Shown in pieces: positions 51,079 through 53,002 of a stretch of DNA of 53,002 bases. The first letter of the stretch is position 1. Every line of letters begins with the position of its first letter. The position numbers and the translations under genes are program-made. The stretch is from a virus (taxonomy: Duplodnaviria; Caudoviricetes): the IMG/VR virus record IMGVR_UViG_3300049732_000296, positions 1 through 53,002 of that record; one strand, 5' to 3'. Below the pieces are notes generated by a model. That model searched no databases and was not told where the DNA came from. It saw nothing but the letters and a program-made list of their open reading frames with translations.

Positions 51079-51386
51079 GCCGGGACCCACTTCCCTTGCC
51101 GGATGAAGCCGTGGTCTCCGCAGCGGCGGCACAAGACGCTCGGTGAGATCGTGAGCGGCTCCCACGACTCCACCGTCCAGCGACCACGGTTTGGTTCGAG
51201 GCGACGCTGCACATCACCGTCGAAAATCACCGCTGCTTCGCAGTCGCCATGCTTGATCGACGCCCCGTAACGCTCGACATCGGGGACCCCCTCGTACTGA
51301 GGATTCAGGTCGCGGTCTGGTGCCCACCCGAAGTACGACAGGTGATGATCATTCCCGAGATCGACCCAACGGCGACCGTCGGTCAT
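51075..51386 (-). CDS. DUF6527-like protein
   Basis: W......PLTISPSVLCRRCGDHGFIRQGKW motif; ATGA overlaps. Confidence 0.65.
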   Translation of the reverse strand: MTDGRRWVDLGNDHHLSYFGWAPDRDLNPQYEGVPDVERYGASIKHGDCEAAVIFDGDVQRRLEPNRGRWTVESWEPLTISPSVLCRRCGDHGFIRQGKWVPA

Positions 51387-51466
51387 CGCTGCTCGTCTTT
51401 GTCGGCCCATCGCCACGCGAGCCACAGGCACAGCGCCCCGATGACCAGGAACAGGAGGGCGATCAC
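51383..51466 (-). CDS. 27-aa single-TM peptide
   Basis: GTGA/ATGA overlaps; IALLFLVIGALCLWLAW. Confidence 0.45.
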   Translation of the reverse strand: MIALLFLVIGALCLWLAWRWADKDEQR

Positions 51467-51606
51467 CGCCTGCTTCTCCAGACCGTGACCCAGACCCACG
51501 GCATCGAGAGCACCAGGGCCGCGACCGCCACGGGGTGGCACTTCGACCCCGCGGTCCCGAGCAGGAGCAGCGCACCGTGCAGGGCGTAGACCGCGCTCAG
51601 ATTCAT
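51463..51606 (-). CDS. small hydrophobic lysis-cassette protein (47 aa)
   Basis: Homolog of 3658..3816. Confidence 0.6.
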   Translation of the reverse strand: MNLSAVYALHGALLLLGTAGSKCHPVAVAALVLSMPWVWVTVWRSRR

Positions 51607-51941
51607 GCGTCACCTCCACCACCGTTCGAGACGTTCGGGGCCGTCAGCTTCTTCTTGGCCGCCACGACCACGCCGGAGACGCCGACGGTCACCACAGACA
51701 TGAGAGCGACGCCGGCGAGCGCGGTCTGCCACGTCGTCCCGGGCATCTCCACGAGATCCGCGTACCAACCGAGGGCGCCGAGAACGAACGCGTAGATGAA
51801 CGCGTTGTACCTCTTGCGGTTGCCCCTGTTGGGTTCCGGGCTCGTGCGACCGATCGGCAGCGTGGCCCACTCCGAGAGCCCCATCGCGACGGCGCCGATG
51901 GTCACGAACTGAACCATGTAGGACAGCACCAAGTCATCCAT
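51603..51941 (-). CDS. putative holin
   Basis: Homolog of 3813..4148. Confidence 0.65.
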   Translation of the reverse strand: MDDLVLSYMVQFVTIGAVAMGLSEWATLPIGRTSPEPNRGNRKRYNAFIYAFVLGALGWYADLVEMPGTTWQTALAGVALMSVVTVGVSGVVVAAKKKLTAPNVSNGGGGDA

Positions 51942-52429
51942 CAGCGTCTCTCCCTGAGCAGCTCCGCGAGCTGCGACTTGATCTCCCCGATCTGGCCGGA
52001 CACGTTTCCGATGGCACCGTGCACACCGGCGAGGTTCGCCTGGAACTCAGCCTTGCCGACGAGGTCCTGGTACAGGCGCGCCTTCTGGTCCTCCGCCCAC
52101 TCCAGGTGCCGGTCCTGCCACGACACGACGGACGTCATGGAGTCGCGGTGCTGGGATGCAATGATCGCGAGCGCCTCCTTGTTCTCGGCGTGCAGGCGCT
52201 TCATCTCCTCGCGTCGCTCTTCCTCGCGCTCCGCCCTGGCCTTCTCGTTTGCCTCGATCGTCGCGTTGAGCTCCCGCCACGCGCCGTATTGCTTGATGGC
52301 GGCGGCCACGGCGCCGGCGACGAGGATGGTGAGCGCGCCCATCATGACCCGCATGAGGATGTCGCCCGTGGTCACGCTCTCGTGGGACGGAGCGGCCATC
52401 TGAGCCAAGGCAACGACGAGAAAGAACAT
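51941..52429 (-). CDS. TM + coiled-coil lysis-associated protein
   Basis: Homolog of 4148..4603. Confidence 0.65.
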   Translation of the reverse strand: MFFLVVALAQMAAPSHESVTTGDILMRVMMGALTILVAGAVAAAIKQYGAWRELNATIEANEKARAEREEERREEMKRLHAENKEALAIIASQHRDSMTSVVSWQDRHLEWAEDQKARLYQDLVGKAEFQANLAGVHGAIGNVSGQIGEIKSQLAELLRERR

Positions 52430-52806
52430 CACTTGACCCCCTCGTGCTCCACCGAAAAGTGGTACGGATCCGGCTTCGGCGTGCCGTCCGCGCGCTTGAA
52501 CCGACCGCCCCAGCGGCACAGGTCGTGTTGCGCCTCCCACCACTCTCCGAGCCCCTTGTAGGTGTCGGGCACCCACATCTCGCTGGCCCCGGGCACCGAC
52601 GGGTCATCGACGAACAGGTCGACGGCCAGCTTGATGCAGTGCAGGCTTTTCGTGATCCCGAGACCCTTCTTCGCGTAGATCGCGGCCATCTCCGGCGGGC
52701 GGTAGACCTCGCCGACGCGCACGCCGAGCCCACGCGTGACGCACGCCTCGGTCAGCAGACGACCGAGTAGCAGCGCGAACAGCTCCTGCTTCTGCCCGAG
52801 GGTCAC
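52429..52806 (-). CDS. M15 family peptidase, putative endolysin
   Basis: YR, SLHCIKLAVDL, WGGRF, DPYHFS motifs. Confidence 0.88.
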   Translation of the reverse strand: MTLGQKQELFALLLGRLLTEACVTRGLGVRVGEVYRPPEMAAIYAKKGLGITKSLHCIKLAVDLFVDDPSVPGASEMWVPDTYKGLGEWWEAQHDLCRWGGRFKRADGTPKPDPYHFSVEHEGVK

Positions 52807-53002
52807 GCCCCCCTCGCTTCCTGCTGGATCGCGCGCCGGCGCCGAGCTTCCTCCTGGATCTCGGTGTAGAGCCCCTTCCGTAGACCGAGCCGCTTCACCT
52901 GGTAGCAGACGACTCTCGTCGTCACCCCGAGGAACTCCGCGGCTCGCTTCTGCGTCGCAAAGCGGTCCATCGCCCCCTGGTAGGCCAGACGCTCAAGAGC
53001 CT
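52803..53002 (-). CDS. Fis-like HTH protein (partial, runs off window)
   Basis: Homolog of 5073..5420. Confidence 0.7.
   Translation of the reverse strand, partial: ALERLAYQGAMDRFATQKRAAEFLGVTTRVVCYQVKRLGLRKGLYTEIQEEARRRRAIQQEARGA

Noticed and set aside
1-53002. CRISPR array, rRNA or IS element
   Set aside because: No repeat-spacer periodicity, rRNA-like sequence or transposase motifs seen
47500-53002. Terminal redundancy or circular-assembly overlap with 240..5420
   Set aside because: The copies are clearly diverged, with different integrase, att core, endolysin and inserts

Overview
High-GC window made entirely of temperate siphovirus-type phage DNA; no host housekeeping genes are recognisable. 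A complete ~47.8 kb unit (about 2.5-50.2 kb) runs lysis - tail - head - packaging - methylase - replication - recombination - immunity - integrase, mostly on the minus strand. It is flanked on the left by the immunity/integrase end of a related phage and on the right by the lysis end of a related phage. Each of two divergent tyrosine integrases is followed by the 3' half of a different tRNA (Cys, Ala) with phage DNA on both sides, i.e. two attP-type junctions. This suggests a co-integrate or heterodimer of two related phages, or an assembly chimera. The most striking observations are: (i) the tail-fibre slot holds two Sec-signal-peptide, cysteine-rich proteins, one with tailspike/tail-fibre motifs; (ii) both immunity regions carry a conserved antisense promoter, a covarying structured RNA leader and a small ORF running against the putative repressor; (iii) Trypco2-like genes are coupled to both integrases; (iv) the lysis cassette has a swapped endolysin and an unusual spanin candidate. 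All family calls are by-eye motif recognition, not database searches.
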